Source of the DNA: a virus
Length of the DNA: 64,000 nucleotides
Virus record (IMG/VR): IMGVR_UViG_3300027728_000006
Location: 32,001-96,000 of that record
Reading direction: 5' to 3' (one strand)
Shown: positions 20,162 to 29,271 of the stretch, piece by piece
Position numbering within the stretch: the first letter of the stretch is position 1
Layout of the letters: each line of letters starts with the position of its first letter
Program-made: the position numbers and the translations under genes
Notes under the pieces: generated by a model
The model's input: the letters and a program-made list of their open reading frames with translations, nothing else
Told to the model about the DNA's origin: nothing
Databases searched by the model: none

Positions 20162-20827
20162 TTATATTTTCCATTCTGTTAAAAATTGAGAGCAATAATC
20201 TACATTTTTAGGTGGGGCGTCTAAATACTCTCCATACCTATCTCCAATAAATTCATTCTGTACGCTGGTAAATGGTAATATTGTTTCTATTGCGAGCCCT
20301 CTGTATTCGTCATATCCTTTTTCGCAAAAATTGTAAAAATTATCTAATTGATCTTCGCATATGATTTGTATCCCAGATTCCGGAAAGCCATGTCTTCTAC
20401 ATGGAAATGAAGTCCATCCGCTTGTGAGGCTGTTTATATAATTTACAATTTTATCCGACATTAAGAATATGTCGGATTCTATATGTATGATTTTTTTATA
20501 ATTAAATTTTTTCGCATATTCCGCAGCAAATGAAAAGCTTCTAAACCAACCTGGATAATCTAGTATACCTTTTCTTCCAAAATTGTTCTGGAAATAAAGT
20601 ATAGAATTTTTGAAATCATCTGACTCTTTATTCGTATCTTGACAGGGAATTGCTTCAACGGATTTAATATTGGGAATGATTGGGCTTCCGTCATCTATCA
20701 TTAATATTTTGTCAGTGTTTAAACTTATAGAGTTGTAAAATTTTAACCATTTTATATATCTATTATCCCAAAGATATTCGCTGTCAGAAAAACTAGTGCA
20801 AAATAATAAAGTTTTTAAATTATTCAT
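20162..20827 (-). CDS. putative GT-A fold glycosyltransferase
   Basis: ILMIDDGS and IIHIESD (DxD-like); lies in the sugar cluster. Confidence 0.5.
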   Translation of the reverse strand: MNNLKTLLFCTSFSDSEYLWDNRYIKWLKFYNSISLNTDKILMIDDGSPIIPNIKSVEAIPCQDTNKESDDFKNSILYFQNNFGRKGILDYPGWFRSFSFAAEYAKKFNYKKIIHIESDIFLMSDKIVNYINSLTSGWTSFPCRRHGFPESGIQIICEDQLDNFYNFCEKGYDEYRGLAIETILPFTSVQNEFIGDRYGEYLDAPPKNVDYCSQFLTEWKI

Positions 20828-21053
20828 ACTCCTCAAAATTAAGAAGCAATGGATTTGATTTTCTTGTGCTTTTCAGCGCAATTTTATTATTTAGTTCTGC
20901 TTCTGTTAGAACTACAATTTTTTCAGAGCCTCCAAAGAGAATATTTAAATCATCTTTGTCAAGAACTTGATCTAGCAGGATATTAAAATCTACTTCTGAA
21001 TTTATCTTATTACTTAAAGAAAGTGAAAATTTTTGAACATGTCCTTTTACCAT
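20820..21053 (-). CDS. hypothetical protein
   Basis: 77-aa ORF with ATG start, packed in the operon. Confidence 0.5.
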   Translation of the reverse strand: MVKGHVQKFSLSLSNKINSEVDFNILLDQVLDKDDLNILFGGSEKIVVLTEAELNNKIALKSTRKSNPLLLNFEEYE

Positions 21054-21091
21054 TAATTATTATGGTAATGTAATGTTTTTTTTAAAATTTT

Positions 21092-21526
21092 TTAATCAAT
21101 ATTTTTAGTATATATATCAGAAACAAATTTAATAGCTTTATTGTAAATATCTTGATAATCTTCTGTGGATGGCATTGAGTAATTAGAGATGGCGTTCAAA
21201 TAGTTCATTTTTTCATCTTTAAGTTTTTTATTTATTTCAAGCACTTCTACTTTTATTTGCTTATTGATATTTTTTTTCCAATTTTTTAAAAAAAAATCAC
21301 TCATCGATTCATCTAAAGCTTCATTCCTTCGATCAGAACAAAATGCATTGAACATAAAAAATACCATATTTGAAATAATGTCCTGAGAAAATCTTGCTTT
21401 TAATTGTTCTAAAACGGCGTTATTTGAAATTTTTATATTTTCAACAAGATTATTAACATTAATGTCTTCTAATATCTCGCTTGGAAGGACTGATGGATCT
21501 TTTTTTTCGTTTTTATTTTTTTTCAT
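21092..21526 (-). CDS. hypothetical protein
   Basis: Start at ATG 21526 (MKKNK) lies downstream of a GTGTAATA motif. Confidence 0.55.
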   Translation of the reverse strand: MKKNKNEKKDPSVLPSEILEDINVNNLVENIKISNNAVLEQLKARFSQDIISNMVFFMFNAFCSDRRNEALDESMSDFFLKNWKKNINKQIKVEVLEINKKLKDEKMNYLNAISNYSMPSTEDYQDIYNKAIKFVSDIYTKNID

Positions 21527-21578
21527 ATCTCGTTGAGTATATGACATATTACACATTGAAATGTTGAAGTAAAGCGGA

Positions 21579-23234
21579 TTACGCCTCACAACTTTTACAA
21601 GCCAAGATATTTCTCGACAGTTCCTGACTTGGAGACGCTGATCTTTGATAATAAAACGTTTTAATACCCATTTTCCAACCTTCTATTAGTAAGGTGCTAA
21701 CATCTTTAGCTGGGGTTGATGGTGGGATCATTATATTTAATGATTGACTTTGGTCAATATATTTTTGTCTTTGAGCAGCTTGAATAACAATTTCTTTCTG
21801 CGAAATTTCACCAAAAGTTTTAAACACGTCTCTTTCTTCTTGAGAGAGAAAATCTAAATGCTGAACACTTCCTCCTTTTACCAAAATTGACTTCCACGTT
21901 TGGCTGTCGTCTTTGCCCTTTTGTGTTAAAAGTTTTTTAAGATATGGATTTTTATATGTAAAATTTCCTTTTGCAAGTTTATTAACAAAATAATTACTAT
22001 TAAGAGGCTCAATTGATGGAGAAACTTGACCTAGTATAAAACTAGAAGAAGTCGTTGGGGCGATGGCTAGGGTAGTTACATTTCTACGCCCATATCCTTT
22101 CAATAGTTCCGGCTCGCCAAATATTACGGCAAGATCCTGTGTAGCCTTATCGGATTTCTCTTTGATAGTCTTCCATATTTGATTATTTAGGATTTTAGAT
22201 TCTAGTGATTCGAATGATATCATCTTATCTTGAAGTAAGGAGTGCCAACCTAATACTCCCATACCCAACGCTCTTTGGTTCTTTGCAAACAAATGTGCAG
22301 TTTCCATAAATTTTATGGATTTTGATTTATATATAAATTCTTCGTTAACTGAATCTAAAAAATAAATTAAAGTTTCAATTGCGTCAGTTTCTTTGATTTT
22401 ATCCCAATGAAGTAAATTGAGCGAAGAAAGAACGCAAACAAATGACTCCTCTTCCGAATTAGAAAGTTGAATTTCAGAGCAAAGGTTGCTGTGACTTATT
22501 TTCAGTCCCTTATCCTTATAAACACTTGGAGCATTATTATTAACGGTATCAGTGAATTGAATGTACGGGTAGCCAGTTTCAAACCTTTTTTTAATAATAT
22601 TTGCCCAGGTTTTTCTTTTATCTTTATCTCCATCAACCATTTCTTGCATCCACTTGTCAGTAATAGTGATACCAATGCTCATATTTTGAATCGAATGACC
22701 AATGGATCTAATCTGCAAAAATTCTTCAATATCGGGATGTTCAACTGGAAGGTATGCGGCAAATGACCCTCTTCGAGCAGAACCTTGAGAAATTACATCT
22801 GAAATAGTGCTGAACAGCTCCATGAAATGAACTGGACCGCTTGATTCTCCACCAACGCTTATTTTTGTACCTCTTGATCTAAGATTTCCAAAAAAACCAG
22901 AAGTACCGCCGCCTAGTTTTGACATCATTCCAACTTCAGAAACTTTTGAAAGAATCGATTCCATTTTGTCAGATAAAAAAGAACCAAAGCAACTTACCGG
23001 TAACCCTCTACTGTTTCCAAAATTAGTCCAGACCGGAGTTGCTAAAGAATAAAAACCCATAGACATGTAGTTTTTAAATTTTTCAGCAAATCCATCGATT
23101 CCTAAAATTTTTTCTGCATTATGTGCAATTTGATCTACTCTTTGCTCAGGTGTAGTTTCGCCTTCGAGATAACCGCCTTTGAGAAATTGAACTGAATCTT
23201 CATTTAGCCAGTAATATTTTTGATTTGTATCCAT
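21579..23234 (-). CDS. nrdA: ribonucleotide reductase class I alpha subunit (short, no ATP cone)
   Basis: LPVSCF, GGGTS, SNLCSEI, VCVLSS, AIAPT, KTFYY, C-terminal CKSC. Confidence 0.93.
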   Translation of the reverse strand: MDTNQKYYWLNEDSVQFLKGGYLEGETTPEQRVDQIAHNAEKILGIDGFAEKFKNYMSMGFYSLATPVWTNFGNSRGLPVSCFGSFLSDKMESILSKVSEVGMMSKLGGGTSGFFGNLRSRGTKISVGGESSGPVHFMELFSTISDVISQGSARRGSFAAYLPVEHPDIEEFLQIRSIGHSIQNMSIGITITDKWMQEMVDGDKDKRKTWANIIKKRFETGYPYIQFTDTVNNNAPSVYKDKGLKISHSNLCSEIQLSNSEEESFVCVLSSLNLLHWDKIKETDAIETLIYFLDSVNEEFIYKSKSIKFMETAHLFAKNQRALGMGVLGWHSLLQDKMISFESLESKILNNQIWKTIKEKSDKATQDLAVIFGEPELLKGYGRRNVTTLAIAPTTSSSFILGQVSPSIEPLNSNYFVNKLAKGNFTYKNPYLKKLLTQKGKDDSQTWKSILVKGGSVQHLDFLSQEERDVFKTFGEISQKEIVIQAAQRQKYIDQSQSLNIMIPPSTPAKDVSTLLIEGWKMGIKTFYYQRSASPSQELSRNILACKSCEA

Positions 23235-23300
23235 ATATAAAAATTTTATACTTTAGAATAACAGAATTTTTACTGTTATCAAGCAAATAAAATTTAATTT

Positions 23301-24290
23301 TTAAAAAAGATCGTCTTCAGAAAACGACTGGGAGTTTTTTGAATATTCGGTCGGACGAGAATTGAAAAAATCAGTTTTGCCGTTGCCCAAAAGCTGCTCA
23401 TCAAACCACATTGTTTTATGAATAGCATCTTTATCTACTTCAAATAATTTTGCAAATCCGATTTCAGACAATGCGTGGTTCATTCTGTTTTTAATAAACT
23501 CTTTTAAGAGGGGAGAGTTGAAAGTATCGTGATCGTATCCATTTACAATCCATTCTATAATTTGACATTCATGCTCTATTGCTTCTTCAGCTTCTGAGCG
23601 AATTTTCTCTACAAGTTCTTCATCGAACAACTCTGGATATTCAGATCTAATTGTATTGATGATTTTAATCCCTATTTTAGCGTGCAAATCTTCCTCTCTT
23701 GAGGTATATTCAACTTGTTTGTTTGTATCTTTTAATACGTTTTTAAATTTTCCAAACCAATTGATTGTATAAAATTGAGAAAAAAGAGCAATATTTTCTA
23801 CAAACAGAGTAAAAAGAATAATGGAGTAAACGAATTGTTTTTTATTGTCTTCATGAAATCTACGAAGATACTTTTTAAGATAATTTACCCGCCCTTTGAT
23901 AATCTTCTCTTTTAAGATCATGTCGAAAGAGTCTTCAATTCCAAGAACTTCAAGAAGCCTTGAATATGCATGACCGTGAATAACCTCTATATTAGCCATA
24001 ACGTACCCAAGATCATTTAGGCTTGGGTGAGGCAAGTTGTCTCCAAGTTTAGCCCAAAACTTTTTAACAGAAATTTCTAATTGACCTATCGTTGACAAAG
24101 ATCTGACAATAATTTCTTTCTCTCTTTCTGATAACTTGACTTTAAAATCTTGGATGTCAGACTGAAAATTGAATTCTATATCTGTCCAAAATCCATTATG
24201 CATCGCTAAAATAAAATCTTTAGACCATGGATAAAAATCTGGTTTCAAGGGGATAACTTCGTCAAATATTTTTACAGTTTTATTTTCCAT
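23301..24290 (-). CDS. nrdB: ribonucleotide reductase class I beta subunit (class Id-like)
   Basis: QLEISVK, EVIHGHAY, VENIALFSQF, REEDLH, DFF..RPTEY. Confidence 0.92.
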   Translation of the reverse strand: MENKTVKIFDEVIPLKPDFYPWSKDFILAMHNGFWTDIEFNFQSDIQDFKVKLSEREKEIIVRSLSTIGQLEISVKKFWAKLGDNLPHPSLNDLGYVMANIEVIHGHAYSRLLEVLGIEDSFDMILKEKIIKGRVNYLKKYLRRFHEDNKKQFVYSIILFTLFVENIALFSQFYTINWFGKFKNVLKDTNKQVEYTSREEDLHAKIGIKIINTIRSEYPELFDEELVEKIRSEAEEAIEHECQIIEWIVNGYDHDTFNSPLLKEFIKNRMNHALSEIGFAKLFEVDKDAIHKTMWFDEQLLGNGKTDFFNSRPTEYSKNSQSFSEDDLF

Positions 24291-24307
24291 ATTGTTTTAG
24301 TAATGGA

Positions 24308-24336
24308 AAATTACACGTTTTTTAGAACGATGTCAA
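24308..24336 (-). promoter_or_regulatory. promoter upstream of nrdB
   Basis: TTGACA-17 nt-TAATTT, overlapping a GTGTAA motif. Confidence 0.55.
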
Positions 24337-24381
24337 TAAGCGAAGAGATATTGAAATAATAAACCAAATCAAGTGTATCTT

Positions 24382-24777
24382 TTAGTTTTCTATTGAAATT
24401 CCGAATTTTTTAAGCTTTTGGTTTGCTTTTGAGGTTTTTTGGTCTGCTAATTGAGCAGAATGCTTGACGCCATTTTCTTTTTCGTAATTTTTATAAAATT
24501 GTTTTTTAACAGGATCAGACATTTCTCCACCACGCTTTTCAGAAAGCTCTTTGCTTTCTTTTAATAAGTCTCCGATTGTTCCTTTTTTGTTCCTACTTTT
24601 TTCTACAAAGCTTTTCGAGTTGTATGGGTCAATTCTAGAATCTATAGAAATATTAGGAGCAGAATAAATTCTTTCAAATTGAACTCCATCTTTTGAAAAT
24701 TTATGCACTTCATTTACACTTTGAAATATTTCTACTAACTCGTCAGTTTCTGGATGCTTGTATAAATAAATGGGCAT
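24382..24777 (-). CDS. FmdB-like protein lacking Zn-ribbon cysteines
   Basis: MPIYLYKHPET...EIFQS N-terminus. Confidence 0.5.
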   Translation of the reverse strand: MPIYLYKHPETDELVEIFQSVNEVHKFSKDGVQFERIYSAPNISIDSRIDPYNSKSFVEKSRNKKGTIGDLLKESKELSEKRGGEMSDPVKKQFYKNYEKENGVKHSAQLADQKTSKANQKLKKFGISIEN

Positions 24778-24778
24778 T

Positions 24779-25867
24779 TTATGACTCTACGATTTTAAGA
24801 ATATGATCTAGCGAATTTGACCAAGTTAATTTCTTGGACATCTTTAATCCATTTTCATTAACTGGATTAGACAAGAATCTTTTCTCCGCCTCTTCGCATG
24901 CTGAAATGAAATCATCTGGATTCCAATCAAAATAACTCCCTTGATTAAAGTCGAGTCCTTTTTTGAAGAAGACTCCGTCGTAGGCTTCTATTTTTCCACT
25001 TGGCTGGACCATAACTGCATTTTCATTATTAGCCCAATCTTTATAAGCATGAGCATTTAATACAACAGCATGTTTTCCAAGGCATACACTTTGGAATTCT
25101 GGAAGCCCCCACCCCTCTCCAGAGGACATTCCTATTGCAATGTCAGAATGATTTAAAAAATCATTGTATAGAGAATTTGTAGGCATGAAACTAAGAAAAT
25201 TAATATTAAAATAATTTACATTGCCTAGTATATTAGAAATAGCTTGATTCTGCTGATTTTGATCAAGAAATGGATTTTGAATGGCGCAATTTAATTCATA
25301 CTTACTATTATTGCCATATTTCTTAGCCCAACTTTGTAACAGCTTGTGATGTTGCTTTCTTTTTTCCAACTTTCCGAAAAGAGCAAAACTGATCTTATCG
25401 TCTCTTGTTTTTTCACTTCTTGAAAAATGAAGGTTATCGAATCCAAGTGGTGCAAAATGAACGTTATTTAGCCCAACTGATTCAAATATGGCTTTTGTGT
25501 AATTAGAAGAAACTATTACGTTCTTTTGATTTCTTAAAATGTTTATTTCTGTTTCGGTTGGGGAATCAAGCTCATAAAATGTAAAAAGCGTTTGATTCTT
25601 TGAAACAGAAGACATTGATCCGTTTATATGCCAAAGTTTAATAGTGGAATTATCCCTAGAGTGCCTAGCTTCGGACTTTGTTGAATTTTTTTGAAGCCAA
25701 TTGAAAAATTCTGTATCTAACTTATCAAATGATGACAGGTCGGCTCGCTCTCCCATTGGGAAGAGGACGGGGTCAATGCTTCTTTGCTTTAAGGCATTAA
25801 GGATTCCGATTGCACAATTTCCAAAGGAAAGCCCGTTTATAGGAAGCTCTAAGGATAGATTCGGCAT
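24779..25867 (-). CDS. GT4-type glycosyltransferase
   Basis: PINGLSFG, GKLEKRK, SSGEGWGLPEFQS; start at ATG 25867 chosen. Confidence 0.82.
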   Translation of the reverse strand: MPNLSLELPINGLSFGNCAIGILNALKQRSIDPVLFPMGERADLSSFDKLDTEFFNWLQKNSTKSEARHSRDNSTIKLWHINGSMSSVSKNQTLFTFYELDSPTETEINILRNQKNVIVSSNYTKAIFESVGLNNVHFAPLGFDNLHFSRSEKTRDDKISFALFGKLEKRKQHHKLLQSWAKKYGNNSKYELNCAIQNPFLDQNQQNQAISNILGNVNYFNINFLSFMPTNSLYNDFLNHSDIAIGMSSGEGWGLPEFQSVCLGKHAVVLNAHAYKDWANNENAVMVQPSGKIEAYDGVFFKKGLDFNQGSYFDWNPDDFISACEEAEKRFLSNPVNENGLKMSKKLTWSNSLDHILKIVES

Positions 25868-25868
25868 A

Positions 25869-26159
25869 TTAAAATGGAATTTCGTCGGTGTCTTCTTGAG
25901 AGGGGATCTCAAGAACCTTTGAGGTTGATTGCTGAGAAGAATTTTTCGTTTCTTGAGCAGCGGCTTTTTGTTCGGAAAGGTAAATCCTAAAATTAGGTGT
26001 GTTGTCTCCAGCCTTCTTGTATTGGTTAGAAAAAACCACGACTTCTACCCTTTCTCCGTTTTCAAGTTGGACGTAACCAGTTTTGAACTTATTGCCAGCC
26101 TTAGAGGTTTTTTCCCAAAGGGCTCCAATTTCTTTGTTTTCTTTATTTTTATTTTCCAT
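25869..26159 (-). CDS. small SSB-like protein (DUF736-like) with acidic DEIPF tail
   Basis: IGALWEKTSKAG...PNFRIY; C-terminal EDTDEIPF resembles the SSB tail. Confidence 0.6.
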   Translation of the reverse strand: MENKNKENKEIGALWEKTSKAGNKFKTGYVQLENGERVEVVVFSNQYKKAGDNTPNFRIYLSEQKAAAQETKNSSQQSTSKVLEIPSQEDTDEIPF

Positions 26160-26184
26160 ATGAAATCCTATTCTGATATATTTT

Positions 26185-26784
26185 TTATTTCAAGTCAATG
26201 TATTTTATATTATTTTTTGCAAATTTTATAAATTTATTATGCCAGTTTATCACAGTTTGTATAGTTACCCCCATATCTTTTGCAATGTCCGTATACGTTG
26301 TATTTTTATTTGATAGATATTTTTTTTCAATTACTTTTTTTATTTTTTCGTTCCCAAATGATTTTATCAGGGTTTTGATTTTATCAATGTTTTCAGCATT
26401 TAACTCTTCGGTTTGTTTATTTTCACCAGTTCCAAAAATTTCATTCTCTTCCCCAGATTTATTTTCTATGAAGAAGTCAGCTTGAGATGGTATATTTTTT
26501 TTATTTTTATTTATACAATTCAAACAATAATATCTAGCTTGATTAGCCAACCAGGTTGAAAACTTGCTTCCGTAAGATGGATCGTATGATCTAATCGAGT
26601 TGAAGATCACAAAGTTTTTACTCGATAAAATATCGTCTTTTACAAAAGAGGGGCACGCTAAGCTGTACGTATATTTTTTAAATACATCTATGCATATGCC
26701 GCTATGCATTTCTATTAGTTTTTCTGCAGAAAAACTATCTCCGTTTTTTGCCGCCTCTATTAAATTTTGCTCTAAGGTTTTCAT
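26185..26784 (-). CDS. RNA polymerase sigma-70 family factor
   Basis: Region 2 SYDPSYGSKFSTWL; region 4 HTH TYTDIAKDMGVTIQTV. Confidence 0.85.
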   Translation of the reverse strand: MKTLEQNLIEAAKNGDSFSAEKLIEMHSGICIDVFKKYTYSLACPSFVKDDILSSKNFVIFNSIRSYDPSYGSKFSTWLANQARYYCLNCINKNKKNIPSQADFFIENKSGEENEIFGTGENKQTEELNAENIDKIKTLIKSFGNEKIKKVIEKKYLSNKNTTYTDIAKDMGVTIQTVINWHNKFIKFAKNNIKYIDLK

Positions 26785-27453
26785 TTAAAAAATATTTTTA
26801 ATTTTACTGTTTATCAGGTTTATTGCTGGAATAGACTCAAAAATTATTGAGTTCTGCTCTTTCGAGCAAGTTTTCCACGTTAGGTTTAAATCTGCAATTG
26901 AAGCAATTTGAGGGAGATTTTTACTTTCTGATTCGTGGGCTGGCGGGATGCTGCTGCCATCATCGATGGTTCTATTTAATGTTATTATAATAGAATTCAT
27001 ATAAGATCTGATAAAGTCAGTTTCGTCCAATTCGAATTCTTTAAATCTAAGATCCGAAACTATTGCAATATTACCGCCAGACGTAAAAAATGAATTTATC
27101 TCTGGCATCAGTTTTTTCCACCAATATGTCCCGTCGCTTAGCGATCTTTGAGACTGACCATAAGCAATCAAAATACTTCTTATCTTATTTTTGTCTTCGG
27201 TATCCTCTGTGAAAGCTGAGATACCAAATTTTTCTTTACAAAATGAATTGAGATCTTGCCTGAGAGCATAGGCAAAAGAAAATATCTTTGAGTTTAAACC
27301 CAGATGATTGGAGTACTCTGATAATACTTCGGACAAGGTATTCTTACCGCATCTAGCAAATCCAGAAACCCCAATTATCAGTCCTGAGTCAAAATTTCTA
27401 TTTTGAATCAGAAGCTCCGATAGGAGCTTTTTTTTGCTTTCTTTATCTGGCAT
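26785..27453 (-). CDS. deoxynucleoside monophosphate kinase
   Basis: IIGVSGFARCGKNT, SFAYALR, IVSDLRF, HESE. Confidence 0.8.
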   Translation of the reverse strand: MPDKESKKKLLSELLIQNRNFDSGLIIGVSGFARCGKNTLSEVLSEYSNHLGLNSKIFSFAYALRQDLNSFCKEKFGISAFTEDTEDKNKIRSILIAYGQSQRSLSDGTYWWKKLMPEINSFFTSGGNIAIVSDLRFKEFELDETDFIRSYMNSIIITLNRTIDDGSSIPPAHESESKNLPQIASIADLNLTWKTCSKEQNSIIFESIPAINLINSKIKNIF

Positions 27454-27459
27454 GGTGAT

Positions 27460-27488
27460 ACCATAGTATTAATTTTAATAATAGTCAA
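27460..27488 (-). promoter_or_regulatory. sigma70-type promoter for the replication module
   Basis: TTGACT-17 nt-TATGGT; predicted +1 is at or near the ATG at 27453. Confidence 0.6.
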
Positions 27489-27752
27489 GATTTATTCTCG
27501 GCCATACTAGCGCAGGTAATCATTTTTCGTAGTTCGTATTTTGAAGGGAGCGAAACGCCAGAAACAGGCAGAACGCAAAATCCGAGACTCGCAAGCTCTT
27601 CTGTTTATTTTTTGCATTTAATATAAAACGTAACCTGTCGGAGATATTCGACGCAATAGAATTTATTCTATCATATTTTTATCTGTAATACAAGCTTTTT
27701 TTTTACAAAAAAACAAAATTTGAAAATTATAGCGGAGTCGCCATGATAAATA

Positions 27753-28139
27753 ATGCCGGACTTTATACATTTAGGAATATCAATAGGAAGTATTGTTTTT
27801 CTCATACAGCAAACTGACTTTGTGTACGAGTATTTTAGCCTTTTCACGCGAATCACTAAAAATAAAAAGCTTGAAGAATTTTTAAAATTCGACTATTACC
27901 AGAATTCAAATGGATATTCCAGCTATGTAGAATTTATCTGCTCAAGAGATTGGTCTGAAAACTTTATCATGTCATTTTTATCAAAATTGATATCTTGTTT
28001 TTTTTGCTTAAGTTGCTTTTTGAGTACAGCTTGCGCAATCGTGTTATGTTCAAAATTCTTATTTGGATATTTCTTGATATCCGTATTGACGTTCTATATA
28101 CTTTTTAAAATAAAAAACGCCATTTTTAATAAAAAATAA
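27753..28139 (+). CDS. hypothetical membrane protein
   Basis: 128 aa, 2-3 hydrophobic segments, CxxC. Confidence 0.55.
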   Translation: MPDFIHLGISIGSIVFLIQQTDFVYEYFSLFTRITKNKKLEEFLKFDYYQNSNGYSSYVEFICSRDWSENFIMSFLSKLISCFFCLSCFLSTACAIVLCSKFLFGYFLISVLTFYILFKIKNAIFNKK

Positions 28140-28148
28140 GTGTATAAT
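28140..28148 (+). promoter_or_regulatory. putative phage promoter motif GTGTATAAT
   Basis: Recurs upstream of several genes (see findings). Confidence 0.5.
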
Positions 28149-28156
28149 AAAATATT

Positions 28157-28774
28157 ATGCCCCTTCCGAAGCCAAAAAATAAAGAAAAGAAAACAGAGTT
28201 TGTATCTCGTTGCGTTGGCGACGATCAAGCTGGAAAAGATTTTCCCGATCAAAAACAAAGAATTGCAGTTTGTTATTCGCAGTGGGATAAGGCAAAAAAA
28301 GAGGCTTCAGCATCTGTTGAGCTAAACGACGATGAGTTTTTGTTTTTTGTTGAATCAGATTGTTTGGAGTGCGACGGCGCAATTTCCGCATCTGAGGAAG
28401 AACTTACGCTAGAAAATTTATATATTCCAACCGAAAAAGAATATCTTAGCTCTGAAGAAATTGATCTTGATGAAGCAGAATTTGTCGAACTCAATATGGA
28501 TGAATTTTTAAAAACTAAATCTGTAAATGCTTCAGAATATCAAGGTAGAAAAGTCACACTAAATAAACCATTTAGAACTCCAGGCGGTCCTAAAAAATCT
28601 GCTGTGTATGTAAAAAATCAAAGCGGAAAAGTAGTTATCGTAAGATTTGGCGACCCGAACATGTCTATCAAGAAAAACATCCCAGCAAGAAGAAAAAGTT
28701 TTCGCGCCAGACATAAGTGCGATCAAGCAAAAGACAAAACTACACCAAGATACTGGGCTTGTAAAAGCTGGTAA
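28157..28774 (+). CDS. hypothetical protein with two basic modules (C-terminal DUF6321-like)
   Basis: MPLPKPK..EFVSRC..QRIAVCYSQW; acidic linker; EYQGRKVTLNKPFR..VRFGDPNM..SFRARHKC..YWAC. Confidence 0.65.
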   Translation: MPLPKPKNKEKKTEFVSRCVGDDQAGKDFPDQKQRIAVCYSQWDKAKKEASASVELNDDEFLFFVESDCLECDGAISASEEELTLENLYIPTEKEYLSSEEIDLDEAEFVELNMDEFLKTKSVNASEYQGRKVTLNKPFRTPGGPKKSAVYVKNQSGKVVIVRFGDPNMSIKKNIPARRKSFRARHKCDQAKDKTTPRYWACKSW

Positions 28775-28794
28775 AACTAAAAGATAATAAAATT

Positions 28795-29268
28795 ATGAGC
28801 AATAACTTCTCGAAAACTAAAGAAAACGGAATTGACACATTTATAGTATCTTTTAATAAAAAAGAAAATTTTGTCAAATCATCAGAATATGAATCTCCAG
28901 AACAAGAATTAATGGATCTTAAAGAAGATTTATCTGAAATGGTGATTGGATCATTAGGAGCAGTCAAGTCACTTTCTGAAAATATATTGAACAATCTTTC
29001 AAATGAGCCTGTGATGGAAAACTTGTCAGAACCATTCCTGCAGCAAATGGCATCTTTAGCGGAAGATTATATTACAACTATTCATAATTATTGCATGTTC
29101 AGTCAAGATCCTTCGGAGGAAATGGAAGAAGCTGAAGCGGCAAAAAGAAGAGGATTGTGGGACAATATAAGGGACAAAAAGAAAAGAATGGGTAAAAATT
29201 ATAAACCCGCCAAGCCAGGTTCGCCAGACAGACCTTCTCAAAACTCTTGGAAAAAAGCTCAAAAATAA
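28795..29268 (+). CDS. hypothetical protein (acidic body, basic GLWDNIR tail)
   Basis: 157-aa ORF. Confidence 0.6.
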   Translation: MSNNFSKTKENGIDTFIVSFNKKENFVKSSEYESPEQELMDLKEDLSEMVIGSLGAVKSLSENILNNLSNEPVMENLSEPFLQQMASLAEDYITTIHNYCMFSQDPSEEMEEAEAAKRRGLWDNIRDKKKRMGKNYKPAKPGSPDRPSQNSWKKAQK

Positions 29269-29271
29269 ATC

